Assembly (NCBI RefSeq): GCF_009914755.1
Contig: NC_060933.1
Length of the DNA: 64,000 bases
Direction: 5' to 3' (one strand)
Source: the human T2T-CHM13v2.0 reference genome, Homo sapiens
The notes below the pieces were generated by a model. That model had not been told where the DNA came from. It worked only from the letters and a program-made list of their open reading frames with translations, and did not search any database. Made by a program: the position numbers and the translations under genes. Positions within the stretch are counted from its first letter, which is position 1. Every line of letters begins with the position of its first letter. Shown in pieces: positions 36,720 through 52,297 of the stretch.

Positions 36720-37135
36720 CAGATTAGAACCCTTCAAACAGGCCACAGTCCTCCCTTTTCCACTCCAGCACTTTCCACTCCAGCCTCATTCCAGGATGCT
36801 TTCTCTGGAATAGGGAACCTCCCATGCCCCACCTGCCAGCCCCTGCCCTGGGCCCACCTCGTACTCACCCAGCACTTCCTTACTCTCCATTTAGTTCTCA
36901 ACTCAAATGTCCCTCCCTCCAGGAAGCCTTCCCTGACCACTCAAGAGCAGGCCACAGCCCTTGCCCTGCATTTTCTAACAATTGTCACAGGGGTAATTCA
37001 ATGCTTCGTCCTGTGATGTCTGTCTTTCCAGATGGGATGTAAGCATCGTGAAGGACTATGATGTCTCTTTTGCTCACTGTTATATCCCAGGACCTTTCAC
37101 ATTGTAGGTGCTCGGTTGGTATCTTTTGAAAGAAT
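36720..37135 (+). mobile_element. L2 fragment
   Basis: ctcaactcaaatgtccctccctccaggaagccttccctgacc; tgctcactgttatatcccagga. Confidence 0.75.
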
Positions 37136-37137
37136 AA

Positions 37138-37184
37138 GCACACACACACGCACACACACACACACACACACGCACGCACACACG
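37138..37184. repeat. (CA)n microsatellite
   Basis: Direct reading. Confidence 0.9.
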
Positions 37185-38110
37185 GCACCCATGTGGTCAA
37201 GTTTAACTCTCAGCCTATGTATACAAACCAGGACAGCCCTTTTCAAATGGGAAGAATCAAAATAACTATAACATGTGTCCTATTAAAAGAACATTTTCCA
37301 GCCCCCAGACCTGGAAAATGATCTGGGGAAAGAGACCTGAAGAAAGAGAAGAAAGTCTCTTCTCTTTCTCCAGTAGGTATAAATTCACTCATCTTGGCCA
37401 CTTCCATCTTTGTAATGGAGCCAAGGAGCTCTCTAAGAAGAAACAAAAAAGGCATGCTCCCTTGTTAGCAAAAGGGGTGGGGGTGGGGGGACCCAGCACT
37501 TGCCAGGGTAGAACGAGCTCTCTGTGAGAAGCCGGAGTACCAGGGGCAGAGACCCAGCCATGAGAAGGGCTGGAGGACCAGCTCGTGCAATCACAGAGAT
37601 ATTTTCCCCCAAGCGCCTTACAAAAGCAGATAAAGGCATGATAAAAATACCTTCCATTTCCCCCCTAATTTGTAGTTTTCTGGTGTTAGCAAGGCTTATA
37701 AGACACATGCTCCCAATTAGCTGCTCCTCTTAATTTAAATGCTTCATAAATTATCTCCTGTGCGTGTGGATTATCACTTCATAATGCGAGTTAGCATTTA
37801 AATAAATAGCTGTGGTGTAGAAAATTAGAGAGGTTTACTTCTGAGGCGCTGGCATAATGAAGGAAAATACCACGGCAGCTGAACAGGGGCAGAGGGAGGA
37901 GGCGAGGGGACATAGAGGCACATCCGTGCTTCCCAGAAAAGGGGAGTTATCTGCAAAGTCCATGCATCACTTATGGGCTTCAGCATTCTCTTTCAAAAAA
38001 AGTATTTCATTTGCCCACCTTTTTAAAAAAAAACTTTTAATTTTGAAATAATTACAGACTCACAGAGAGGTCTCACTTACCCTGACCCCAGTGCTCCACC
38101 CCGGCGGTGA

Positions 38111-38810
<700 letters not shown>

Positions 38811-39087
38811 GGTGGTGGTGACAGTGCTGGGAAGAGGTGGAGTCCAGTTGGCCTCGCATCCCAGTGTTCTCTCTGCTGGCATGTGTGGTGCCCCCTGGGC
38901 AGTAGGGTCCTGAAATCTGGATGGTTATTCTTTTTTTGAGAAAGAAATTTGGGCTGTTTCCCAAGTGCGTCCAATGCTTGGAATATTTGCTGATGTGTGA
39001 TGGACACAGCAGCAGGCCCACAGTAGAGCCATCGCAGGCTCTGGGCATGTCTGCCTTTGTGCGCCCGTTTAAAAGATTATTTAATGT

Positions 39088-39344
39088 GGCCGGGCACGGT
39101 GGCTTACGCCTGTAATCCCAGCACTTTGGGATGCCAAGGTGGGTGGATCACTTGAGGCCAGGAGTTCCAGACCAGCCTGGCCAACATGGTGAAACCCCAT
39201 CTCAACTAAAAGTACAAAAATTAGCCTACTCAGGAGGCTAAGGCACTAGAATCACTTGAATCCAGGAGGTGGAGGTTGCAGTGAGCCAAGATCGGGCCAC
39301 TGCACTCCAGCCTGAGCGACAGAGTGAGACTCTGTTTCAAAAAA
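39088..39344 (+). mobile_element. AluS with internal deletion
   Basis: aaattagc|ctactcagg junction. Confidence 0.92.
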
Positions 39345-39399
39345 TTTTTTTTAAATGATATTTTATAAATGGATATGTTTATTTTTTTTCCTTATGCTT

Positions 39400-39492
39400 G
39401 GAAAATAAATTAAAACACTTGTGTGGGCCCCTATAAGGACGGTGGGCCCAGGGCACTGTGTCCCACTGCCTGATGGGTGAGTTGGCCTCACA
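39400..39492 (-). mobile_element. MER91-like (hAT-Tip100) fragment
   Basis: gtgggcccc...gtgggcccagggcactgtgtcc...tgcctgatgggtgagttggcc. Confidence 0.55.
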
Positions 39493-40045
39493 TGCAAGGC
39501 ATATGATCCAGAGGTTCAGAGAAGCAGTTAGAGCAATGTAATCAGTTGGGAGAACCACAGACCTCAGAGGATTCAGCCCTGGAAGCTGTGACCCAAAGCC
39601 CACTGGGAAGTGATGCTGAATGAGAGGCAGAAGTTGAGAAGGTCCCGTAGAATAATCTGGAGAAGGTAGCTATGAACCCAGCTCCCCAGAACTCCGTTGC
39701 AGGAGCCCCAGAGCCTCAGAGTCATCTTGGGGCACCCTGCCTGCCCACAACTCTCTGGTGGGAGAGAACTGGGGTCCATCCACTTCTTCCTATTCCTTTA
39801 AGGACCCCCCCCCACCGTTGCCCACACACACACATCAAGTGAATGGCCACCCCCTCAGGTCCTGCACAGACTTCCAAAGCCACTTCTCAGAGTTTCACGT
39901 TTCTTTCACTTTGGGATCTTTTTATGTTGTGCTATAAACATAATCAGGTAGGTTGGTGATAGGAGAGACTTGGCCAGCCCCAGGTTACAGCTAACCCAGC
40001 TATTACAGGATTTTTCTATGCAGGAGCATTGTGAGAGAGGGGGGT

Positions 40046-40376
40046 TGTTTTTGTTTTGTTTTGTTTTGTTTTGTTTTGTTTGTTGAGACAGGGTCTCACT
40101 CTGTTGCCCAAGCTGGAGTGCATTGGTGCCATCATGACTCAATGCAGCCTCGAACCCCTGGGCTCAAGCTATCCTCCCACCTCAGCCTCTGGAATAGATA
40201 GGACTATAGGCATGTGCCTGCTACCACGCCTGGTTAATTTTTGTATTATTATTATTATTTTTGTAGACACAGGATTTCACCATGTTGCCCAGGCTAGGCC
40301 CAAACTCCTGGACTCAATCTGCCTGCCTTGGGCTCCCAAAGTGCTTGGATTACAGGTGTGAGCCACTGCACCTGGC
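40046..40376 (-). mobile_element. AluJ with (TTTTG)n tail
   Basis: J diagnostics. Confidence 0.9.
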
Positions 40377-40840
40377 TTCACTGGGCATTTTTATTTGCTA
40401 AATCTGGCAGACTAGCTGGCAGCCCAGCACCTGTGCAGACCTTTGCAGATCCCCCCGCCGCCCCCATGACTCCATCCCACCACCACATGTTTTCTCCTTT
40501 CTGTTACTCAGAAAACGTCAAGTTTTAGGGATCAGGAATTGTGTCTCTCACTTCAATATTCCCAGCACTGGGCACAATCTCTGGCACACATCTGACACTG
40601 GATATCATCTGTCAAATATGTGTTGAGTACTGGCACTCAGGGAGGTCTTTGTGAAGAGATGGACCAGTCATTTAGGAAGTAATTTTCAAGACTCTTTATT
40701 GTAGAATGCAAAAGCCATTCTATAATTAGCTGCATTGTGGCTAATCACATGACTGTTTCCACAGTCTACTTAGGCATAGCACAGTGATAAGTGTGCTCAT
40801 GATGTAGGCAGGTGTGAACACAAACATAACCACCATCGTT

Positions 40841-41158
<318 letters not shown>

Positions 41159-41256
41159 CAATGGCTCGGATTAACTCAGTGTTTGCTGTGTGCCCGGCTC
41201 TGGGAAAGCATTTGTATTGAACCGTATGAAATTGCTTCTTTTTCCAGTTAGGGCCA

Positions 41257-41663
41257 TGTCTTAGTCCGTTTTGTGTTGCTGTAAGTTAACACCTGAGGCA
41301 CAGAGTGACTGATAAAGAAAAGAGGTTTATTTGGCTCTGCAGGCTGTACAAGACGCATGGCACCGGCATCTGCTCAGCTTCTGGTGAGAACCTCAGGCTG
41401 CTTCCACTCACAGCGGGAAGCAAAGGGGAGCCGGGGTGTGCAGGGACCCCTCTGTGAGAGGGAGTCAGGGGTTGGGGGAGGGAGGTTCCAGGCTCTTTTT
41501 AACAAACAGCTTCCAAGAAACTAACAGAGTGAGAACTCGTTCACCCCTAAGGGACGCATTAATCTGTTCACGAGGGATCTGCCTCCCACCCAAACACCTC
41601 CAACGTCATTCAGGATCAACTTTCAACACGAGGCTTGGGGGAGCAACCATCCAAACTATAGCA
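41257..41663 (-). mobile_element. MaLR solo LTR (MSTB-like)
   Basis: tgtcttagtccgttttgtgttgct...gcatctgctcagcttctggtgag...catccaaactatagca. Confidence 0.88.
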
Positions 41664-42057
41664 ACCCGCAAAGTGGGCACTGTGGTATGGGTGCCAGGCA
41701 TTCCCTCATCTAAGCGCCAGACACACCCTCAGAGGCAGTTACTATTTGGCCTCCCTATTTTACAGCTGGGGAGACTGAGGCAAAGAACAGTGATGTAACT
41801 TGATCCAGATCGTCCTGATGAGTAACAGAGCTTGGATTTCAACCCAGGCAAGTTGTAGTTCTCAAGTCCGGACACGGATTCCCTTCCAGACTGTATACTC
41901 ATCAGGATACCTTCCTGTCTGTGGAGAGGGTGGTTCCAGGCCAAACCAGACGCGTGAAAGCCAGATGATCCCTAGTTGTGTCCCTGGAGCCTTCCCCAGT
42001 GCAGGCGAAGGGCAGCTCCTAGTCTCAACCAGAGCTGTCGCTGACCTTGGAGTTCTA

Positions 42058-42529
<472 letters not shown>

Positions 42530-44059
42530 TAAAAACAAAGCTCATTGTGCATTTTCCAATCTGTATCTTTTTGCTTTGAGTAGAGAATACATGTGGTCTG
42601 GTGGGTGCCTTGCTCTGGAAGAGTGTGGTTTTCCAAGCCTCTGTTCTGTTTGGCTTTCTGTTGGACAGTCATACACTTACGAACGCCTCGGGACATCATT
42701 CATTTATTCACTCACTCACTCGTTCACCCAAACACGTAATTATAAAACTGCGACTCCGGATCCCTTCATCCCAGGAAGGAGCGTGACTCAAGTGAAATGG
42801 GATAAATGTGGGGGCTGGTGGGGCGCAGGGATGCGGCTAGTTCACATTGCTCAAGTATGCAGGGATCAAAGGCCACCGTTGGAATGTTCCAAGACCTTTG
42901 AAGCTTGCAACAAAGGGGTTTCTAAGAAAGTTCAGCCCTTAGGACCAGGGGGGGAATGCACAGATGGAGCTGCTGGGGGTTGGTGGCAGGGCCACTCAGT
43001 TCGGGTGGCGGCGGTAGAGAATGATTAGGGAATTACCAAGTTATTGACCAACAGGCACACAGGGCCAAAGGTTGAGAAGAAGGCAGGCAAAATGGTGCGC
43101 GTGACTCAGGGCAGGTTGTTTGGGGGGTATCAGAAATGCCTGGAGGAAGTTTTCTCTGAAATAGTCAAAATTGGATCCGACGGCTTATGTCTTTCCAACT
43201 GATCTACTAATCATATTTCTTCAAATTTTATATCCCTGACCCTTGTAAAAGGATTGCATTGAAGGCGTGTTTTAAGCTGCATTTTAATAAGTCAATAAGA
43301 AAGCTCAAAATTATTTAAAGCTTCTTAAAGAGGATTATATTTGATTTCTTGTGGGAATTCTGGGGTGTGGAAGAGAAAGAGGCTCAGTCCTTCTGAGGTT
43401 GTTTAACATGAAGGAAAATGCATCATTTCAGACAAAAACTTTTAACTGTTTTGTTGTTCCAATAGAGATGATTTAGGACAAGGAGACTTTCATTATCTGC
43501 TGGCTGCATTAACCGAGCCTGAGGTCTTCCAGCGAGAAGAAACTGCATTTTAAACTTTCCAGCAAATGTGAGGCCCTCCTTTGCAGTTTATTCCCTAACC
43601 TTTAAAATGAGAGTTTTCTGATATTCTGAAAAGGGCAGTTGGATTCCCCAGGTATCTGGAAGAGCCCAGCCTGGGTATCATGCATCTTGGGAAATAGACA
43701 CTGGGCCTGAGCAGATGTTGAATTCTTGCTTTCTATGGCTGCATCTACCACTAGGCCCCTTCGCTAAGGCTGGTCTGCAGTTGGGAGCGTTACAGAACCC
43801 AGGCTGGTTCCAGGCCACAGTCTCCCTGCTGAGGGGATGCAGAGCCCACTTTGGGACTGAGCCGATAATCGTCTCTGAATTGCCTTCGTTTTTGCCAGTC
43901 TTGAATGCCTCAGTCAAGGGGTAAATCCACAGGAGTTAGGCAGGGAGAAGTGTCTCGGTTAGGAGCAGGAAGAACAAAGAAGCCACATGAAATTGGGCTG
44001 GCAGCTTTCCCTACATCCAATCAGCTTTGAAGATATTTGGGTCTGAAGAGCTCAAGCAT

Positions 44060-44600
44060 CTTGCATTTGCCACAGAGGCCTGAGCATTGCTCTCCTAGTT
44101 CAGACTCTTGTCACCTCCACCTGGAGTGCAGAACCAGACTCCTGGGTACCCCCACCCTCTGCTTTCTCCTCTACCCCATCCTGTGCGCACTGGTAGTAGT
44201 CCAGCTTTCCCAAACTGCAGTACTGATCCTACCATGGCCATGGAACCACAACCATCCCTGGCTCCCTATTACCTCTCAAAGAAGATAGCCTGGCACAGCC
44301 TGGCCCCATGACTCACCTTCCGTCTGGTCTGCTGGATCATTTGCCGCTGCCTGCATTTCTGTCCAGGCTTTTCTGCCATCTTGGCCTGCTCTGTGAAATC
44401 CTGCACCATAGCTCTGCATTCAGCATTCCAAGTCTTTCTCGAATGCCACCTCTTCTGGGAGGTCTGGCCCGAGCCTGGCAGGCAGATGAGCTTGCTTCTC
44501 AGAGTTCTCGTGGCCTGTAAGACTTCCCTTGTGGCGTTCCTCTATGCCCAGCTGTTCTGTAAGTGTCTATCCTCTGCTTGGTCCTGGGGTTGGTTGCTTC
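44060..44600 (+). mobile_element. Degraded L2
   Basis: tcacctccacctggagtgcagaaccagactcctggg; gaatgccacctcttctgggagg. Confidence 0.5.
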
Positions 44601-44869
44601 CAGGAACACCCTCAAGATTGACTATCAGAAAAGTCTAACTCAACCCTTACTCACTGTGTCCCATACCGCATGCTCTGAGAAACCTTCCCCTAGTGACCCA
44701 CCCTCCTCTTGTGGGGCTGGATGGTGAGCTGTCTTCAGTCTCTGGGTCCCCAGAACTTTGCTTATGTCTGTCTTCAAGCTCTGATCTTCCATCTCCCCAC
44801 AAGCTGTAATAGGGGCACACAGGTGGTGTCTGTCCGAGCAGATGGGTGTAGCTCATCTAGATGCAGTGC

Positions 44870-45320
44870 TTGGTACTGGGATGGTTCCCACGAGGTGCTG
44901 GGTAATGAGTGCTGTGACCTTACTTGGAAATAGGGTCTTTGCAGAGGTGATCAAGTTAAGGCTCTCAAGATGATACCATACTGGATGTAGGGTGGGCCCT
45001 AAACCCAATGACTGGTGTTCTGACAAGAGAAAGGGGAGGGAGATTTGAGGCACAGAGACACACAGGGGAGAAGGCCATGTGGAAACAGAGGCAGAGATTG
45101 GAGTGATACAGCCACAAGCCAAGGAGCACCGCAGACTGCCAGCAACCACCAGCAGCCGGGAGAGAGGCCTGGAATGAGTCCCCCCTCGGAGCCCCAGAAG
45201 GAACCACTGCTGCTAACACCTTCATTTCAGACTTCTGGCTTCCGGAGCGGTGAGATTTCTGCTGCCTTCAGCCACCAAGGTGGTGGCGATTTGCTGCAGC
45301 AGCCACAAGAAACGGATACA
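44870..45320 (+). mobile_element. MaLR solo LTR (MLT1C/D-like)
   Basis: gtgaccttacttggaaatagggtctttgcagaggtgatcaagttaagg...gcagagattggagtgatacagccacaagccaagga...gaaacggataca. Confidence 0.88.
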
Positions 45321-45654
45321 GAGGCGATGGTTTGGGGCCAGGAATGCATGATCAGGTCTTCCCAGCCGCTGGTGCTGTGACGCCAACCTCCTCTGGTCTT
45401 GGGGCTGCCGGAGCTGCAAGCAGCCTCGTACATCTGCCTGTGTGTCTCGTGCCAGGCTGACTGGTTTCTCTGTGTGCCAGGATGCTCAGAAGCCTGGGAG
45501 GCACCAACAGTGGGGCCAGGATGAGGGACACCTAGTTGATTACTGAGCTCTGCCTCTGGCGATTAGCAAGGTGACCCTGGGCACATGTCACCTCTCTGAC
45601 TAATCTGTAAACCCGGCACAAGAGTAGACCTGCTTCACAGGTCATAACGACGAG

Positions 45655-45905
45655 CCTTCTGTTCATTCATTCAGCAAAGATGCATTGAGCACCTACTACG
45701 TGCCAAGAACTACAGGCCCTGGAGACAGCGCAGTGAGCAAACCAGCCACCAAACCCCATCCCACAGAGCTTGTTTTAGGGAGAAGAGAAAGATGATGACC
45801 CAAATTCATCAGTAGAATACATAGCGAGTTGTTGATTGGTGCTACAAAGAAACACAAAGCCAGGCAGGGGTGCAGTTCCCAGTGGGAGGTCGGGTCAGGA
45901 AGGGT
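45655..45905 (-). mobile_element. L2 3' end
   Basis: ttcattcattcagcaaagatgcattgagcacctactacgtgcca. Confidence 0.8.
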
Positions 45906-46424
45906 CAGGGGTCAGCAGGGGTCAAGCGCCTAGCCTTGGGCAAGGCATTGGGCACATAGTAATTGCTCAGCACACATGAGCTGTCTGCACTCCAGGCTGG
46001 GGGCCTCTTCCATTTCTCCCCACAGGATGCTCTTGCCTTCTCTTGCCCTGCATTGGGTTCCAGTGCTGCCTCCTGGCTCCCTTTCTTGAGCATCTGAATG
46101 CCAAGGCAGGTGTCTAGGGGGTGAGTAGGGAACTGGGCCAAACTCTGATGGAGATGTGGGAGGCCGTAGGCTCAGACGGGCAGCCTAGGAGTCCAGACCC
46201 TCTGAGTCTGGACCAGCATTCACGAGGGAGGAGCCACTGAGACAACCAATCTGGGGGCAGCGGGGCCCTGCCACAGCTGCCTGCTCTCTCAGTCATTCTA
46301 CTTGCTTTTGTTTAGAAGATGAGAAAGTCCAAATGTTTGCAATTTCTTTGAAAACTAAGACAGGAGATTAAGGAGTCAGTGTGGTGGAATTTTTTTTTCC
46401 TTCTCGTCTACCCAACCTAACCAG

Positions 46425-46682
46425 GTGATATGGTTTGGCTCTGTGTCCCCACCCAAATCTCATGTGGAATTGTAATCCCCACATGTTGAAGATGGGGCCT
46501 GGTGGGAGGTGACTCGATCATGGGGGGTGGTTTCTGCCCCATGCGCCTCTTCCCTTTGCTGATTTTAGCCTGTAGCTTTTTACTATCATAAACCATAACC
46601 GTGAGTACAGTGGCTTTTCTGAGTTCTGTGGGTCCTTCTGGCAAATTCCTGAAGCTGAGGGTGGTGTTGGGGAGTCCTGAAT
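46425..46682 (+). mobile_element. MST/THE1 LTR 5' piece (46425-46528) joined to a MER21-like LTR 3' piece
   Basis: tgatatggtttggctctgtgtccccacccaaatctcatg; then ctcttccctttgctgatttt...ttctgagttctgtgggtccttctggcaaatt...gagggtggtgttgggga. Confidence 0.7.
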
Positions 46683-48829
46683 GGCAGCCAAGCCTCAGCC
46701 TCTGCTTACCCTGCACGAGGCTCACAGGTGAAGACGCGGCACTGGTTCCCCCCATTTGTTCTGTCAGTGCCAGTGGCTCCGGGTGTGCATTCAACCCTCC
46801 AGACTTCAGAGGCTGTACTCGCCGAGAACAGGAGCAAGTTCCTCTAATAATCAGCCTCCCCCTTGGCTTTTATTACTTTGGGCAAAATAAAATTTGCTCC
46901 CAAGTAAGCAAAAGCTCCCTGACAGCCCTGTCGGCGTGAGGTGTCCTATTTGAAAAGATATAAGAGGCCAGGGACAAAAAACGCGAGGCTTCTCCAAGGC
47001 AGATGGGGCCCGGCGTGGGCTGGAGGTGACGAGGAGGGGACTCAGAATCTAATGAAGAGGAGAGGGCTGGGGCCGGAGATGCTCATCTCAGCCTAGCCCT
47101 TTAAAACCAAAATGATGGAGTTCATTTGCATTTAGATCTCCTTGGCTCCCTCTTTTCATCTAAAGACAAATCCTCACAAAAGGCTGCTTAATTAGACCAA
47201 ATTAGATTTCCGCTCTGCAGCTTGTCATTCATTACAGAATGCTGTTCTTTTTCTATTTTGGTAATTATAGGCTGGTCTATAAACCAGTTTGTAAGCATTC
47301 ACTCCAGCCATTGAATATGACTAGCATTCCTGATTTTGTGCAGAGAGGAGGAAAATTATTCAGTTGCACCAAATCTGTCTATTTTATAAGTTGGATCAAG
47401 ACCATCGCTGGAGTCTTTTACAATAATGGGTATTCTCACTCCTAATTCTTTAATGATTAATTGTAGGAGCAGCACAGGGCTTGGTAATTTTCAAGACTAA
47501 AAGCTAAGTACAAATAGATTTTCGCATGTAGCAATTATGCCACATACTCAGAATCTTTACCTTAGTGATGCAACCCCATGGCATCTAAGAAGCCACCCAT
47601 TAAAGCATTTACAGCACAACCCCTCATGCCCAGCTCACAGTGCTCAGCCATCTTTTGCCCTGGGTACCCTCAGGGAGCTCAGACCTTTTCCCCCATAGTT
47701 CATCCCACCATTGTTCATCCTACCATCGTGCATCCCATCCTCCCAACCACAGAACCACAGAGTTTCCAGTTTTCAGTTTCAGATACAGACACAGCTGGGT
47801 GGGTGCATGGGGGAGGGCCTTGGGGGGCTGGGCCTGGTTTGGTTGAGCCAAGGTCCTCCTTGTGGCGTTCTTGAAATACTCTTCATTCATCCAACCTGCT
47901 GCAGCGCATTGAACCTGCTGATCCAATCACCTCCCACCAGTGATGCTCCTCCGAGTGGCTGGAGGGATGTGCTGCAGAGCCATGGCCTGAGTTCCCTCCA
48001 AGGATGGCCCCGTTGGCTTTGCTCAGGCCATCCTGGTTGAAAGCGTGTGGGCAGGTGGGCCGAGCTGGCCACCAGGGACAGATGTTGCTGATGGAGTTTG
48101 GACACGTAGCATCAACTCCCTCTAATAATAGTGGCCACATTTTCCTACTGCAGATATTTAGAATGGCCTACTACGTGAGAGGCAGTGAATATTCTCATCT
48201 GACACCAAGCCTATGAATTGGGTGGTGTCCAGAGACAGGCTCAAGGGTGAGGTCCTTGGCCAAAGTGACGCGGCTATCAAGCAGGAGAGTGGCAGTGGAA
48301 CCCAGGTGAGGCTGGCTCTGAGCTCTCCACTGTGCGCCTCTGCCTCCCTGAGCAGGAGAAGCAGATGATGCGGCTCTGGATGACACGGATGGAGACGCGC
48401 TCCAGATAGGAAATGGCAGAGCTGGTGGGGGGGACCCTGAAAATCAACCGGCTCAGCCCCCTCATTTTGCAGATGGGACCACTGAGGCCAGAGAAGAGGA
48501 GAGGGGGCCTCCTCGGCTGCTCTCCTGGACCGCCCTCCCCAGGAGCCACCAGACTCCCTCTTGCTCCTGGTCCCTGCCCACCTGCTAGTCATGAGGTGGG
48601 AAACTGCTCAGCTCCCCTGCCCACCCACCCTGCTCTGGGTCCAGAGACTCCAACCCTGTGGGGTCAACAGCAGGGCAGGAAAGGGCTTTCCCACTTTTTG
48701 CCCTCATAGCTCAACTCCCTAGGGAATTTGAGAACAGATTCCAGACCCTGTTCTGGAAGACCTGCCCCAGATGGCCCAGGCCTGGGAGGAGTAAGCTTCC
48801 ATAGTAGTGCCTGTGTGCCCCACCCCTTG

Positions 48830-49285
48830 GTGCTCAGTCACGTGAGCATCCCAGAGCATGTGCTGAAGACCTACTGTGTGCCGGGCACCGGAGACGCCAC
48901 AGCAAATGAGACAGGTCTGTCCCGTGCTCACCCAGCTGACCTGCCGCAGAGTGAGACGTGGCAGAAACCACCATTTGAATGATCCATTCATCTCAAAGAC
49001 GTGGGTCCAGGAAGGAAAATAGGTGACATCCTGTGGCTGGGGTTTCTCACGGAGGCTACAGAGTCCGGGGGCTTCTCCAAGGTGGTGACATTTCAGCTAG
49101 GAGTTAGCGGGGCCAGGCGCCGGTGAGGAGAGGGATGTGTCAGCCTGAGCACAGACTTCATGCAGGAAGGGGCCTGAAAGTTCCAGGAGCCGAAAGAAGG
49201 CCCAGGGCAGAAAGCGGACGGTGAGCGAGAGGGCATAAGATGAGGCCAAGGCTAGGAGCAGAGGTGCCCCCATTGTGGTCCGGGG
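48830..49285 (-). mobile_element. L2 fragment
   Basis: gaagacctactgtgtgccgggcacc; ggcttctccaaggtggtgacatttcagctag. Confidence 0.65.
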
Positions 49286-49290
49286 GCCCC

Positions 49291-49770
49291 TGTTATCAAA
49301 ACAAGCCACAGACAGTCCCCGTGTATCCACCTTGGGTTGCTTATTTCTTCACAGCAGGCTGAGATCTGTTAGCTCGAAAGCACACTAGCACCAAACAAAA
49401 TCTTACACATCCAGTTGCTTTAAAATATCTCCAACAAGCAGAATTTTAGCCATTTAGAGCCCACCTGCTTTGCACACCCACAAAGCCACACTCGTGTCTG
49501 CCGGCCATGGATACGACAGAGCCTGGGGACTGTAAGACCCCAAGCTACTGCTGCCCTTGGGAGCTCTCTGGGCCCAAGACTCCCTGCCGCGCTGCTAGAC
49601 GCTTCAGCCCTGTCTCCCCCAGAGCGGCCTCACCCTCCTCCTTCCTGGATGGTGGCCCCTCACTGTCACCTCTGGACAGTCTCACAGACATCCCTCCTTG
49701 GGGACTTCCCCTCTCCTGAAACCCCATCCAAGTCCTGCCCACTAAAGCTTGTGTATTCCTATTTCTTTTC
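49291..49770 (+). mobile_element. Probable ERV solo LTR (family uncertain)
   Basis: Begins TGT; LTR-like taagaccccaagctactgctgcccttgggagctctc; polyA-like actaaagcttg near the end. Confidence 0.45.
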
Positions 49771-50675
49771 CCTTTGACTAGCCGCCTAATCCTCGAACTC
49801 ACTCCTTACACTCCTCCCTCCCCAGCAAGATTTCATCCATCTTTGTGTGCTCAAGGTACCGAGCACAGTGGCTTGCACCCCGTCGGTGGCTGCTGCCCCG
49901 CTCCTGCTAGAGGAGGAGAAGCATTGCTGCTGAGGCCTCTGCATCATCTGCCCTAGGAAATGTCAACCCAGAACCAATCATAAAGCAACCCCAGAGGCTG
50001 CGAAGAGGAGGGGGTGGGAGGACCCTGTCCTCCAGCCTCCCAGCTTTGTGCTGAAATGAAGAGCCGCCGCTTCCTCTCCCAGCCGACCCCAGCCTTATTA
50101 ACAGGCTTCGTTTTAGGGACGCCTCCTCCGCCTCAGCTATCTGCTATGCTAACAGGTCAGCTGCCATTTTGTGTTAAACTCCTTCTCATTTATTACAATA
50201 CCACTTTTTATTGACATGGAAATAAAACTTACAATCAATAAGATATTATGAAATATACATCAAAACAAAAGTCACTGGAGCGGGCGTTTTCATCTGTTCT
50301 CAGGAAGGAACAAGGGTTTATGGTTGGGGGGGGGGGGGGCGGCGGAACACTGAACATTTTTCTTCCCTATTACATGATGCGATTTTCAATGAATCTATAA
50401 AGAAAATGAAAACATAAATAGAGTAACCAAACAGAATGATCCCTGCAGCTGTCAAAACTTAAAACAGTTCAGTTTTCCTTTGATTTCTGTTTTAAGTTTT
50501 GAAAAGTACATAGATCATTCTCTGCTTTTTCCTTTTCTCTCTTTCTTTCTTTCTTTTTTTTTTTCTTTTCATAGGGAGCCTTTTTCTTAAATCTGCTCAC
50601 TCAGGGTCTGCTGGCTGTGACCCTTGACAGCTAAACTGACCAAATGATCAAGTGGACTCTGCATTTCTTTCGTAG

Positions 50676-51060
<385 letters not shown>

Positions 51061-51118
51061 GTGGGCGCTGGCAAGGGCTGCCAAGGCAGCCTAGTTGGAT
51101 TCTCATTTTTTTTTTCTT

Positions 51119-51340
51119 AAGAACACATGGACACAGGAAGGGGAACATCACACTCTGGGGACTGTTGTGGGGTGGGGGGAGGGGGGAGGGATAGCATTAG
51201 GAGATATACCTAAGGCTAAATGACGAGTTAATGGGTGCAGTACACCAGCATGGCACATGTATACATATGTAACTAACCTGCACATTGTGCACATGTACCC
51301 TAAAACTTAAAGTATAATAATAATTTAAAAAAAAAAAAAA
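51119..51340 (+). mobile_element. 5'-truncated young L1PA (L1PA3-like) 3' UTR
   Basis: gggatagcattaggagatatacctaa(g)gctaaatgacgagttaatgggtgcag...cctaaaacttaaagtataat plus A tail; TSD aagaac(a/g)ca. Confidence 0.95.
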
Positions 51341-51355
51341 GAACGCACCCTTCCA

Positions 51356-51676
<321 letters not shown>

Positions 51677-52297
51677 CTCACCCTTCCAAAGAGGCCTGAC
51701 TTGGAGACCCCCATACATAAAGCATATATTAGAGTGGCCACCCAGCTGGCTCAGGACAAGGAGCGTCGAGCCCCTGAGCTCCTCTGACCCACGAGGGGTT
51801 GTGGGGGACCTGCAGCAGCCACCCATCTTCTCCCGTGTCCTCGGTGCAGACGAGGCTGACGCGAACTGACACCTGGGTCTCCAGACTCACAGTCCAGAGC
51901 GCTCCTCCTTCCCCCACCACAGCCTTTCAACAGTGAGGCCATGGCAAGCAAAGGGGGCCACACTGTGAAATGGGATGCATCCAGTTTCATGGTTTCAGAC
52001 ATGCTTCCCCAGCTCCCACCATACTGTCAGAACAGCGAGACTCAGATGGAAACGGCCTTCACTATCCTTCCCAGCCCAGGGCCCACTCCCCACCCCATGC
52101 CCACCTCAGCACAGTCTCAGAAGAGAGCACAGTCTCCTCAAGACTGAGCCACGTTTTCAAAGCACGTGTCCTGCTGTGAGCAGCAGTCACTTTGTCTGCA
52201 CGTCTTTCCTCTCCTGTCCTCCCATCCTTAAGGGAGAAAGAGTTTCCTCAGTTGCTCGACAGGAACCATGGCATCTCCTTCCTGTGGAGGTATTGTC

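Noticed and set aside
47698-47742. Three degenerate 15-bp units (gttcatcccaccatt)
   Set aside because: Ordinary short slippage repeat. No spacers, so not CRISPR-like.
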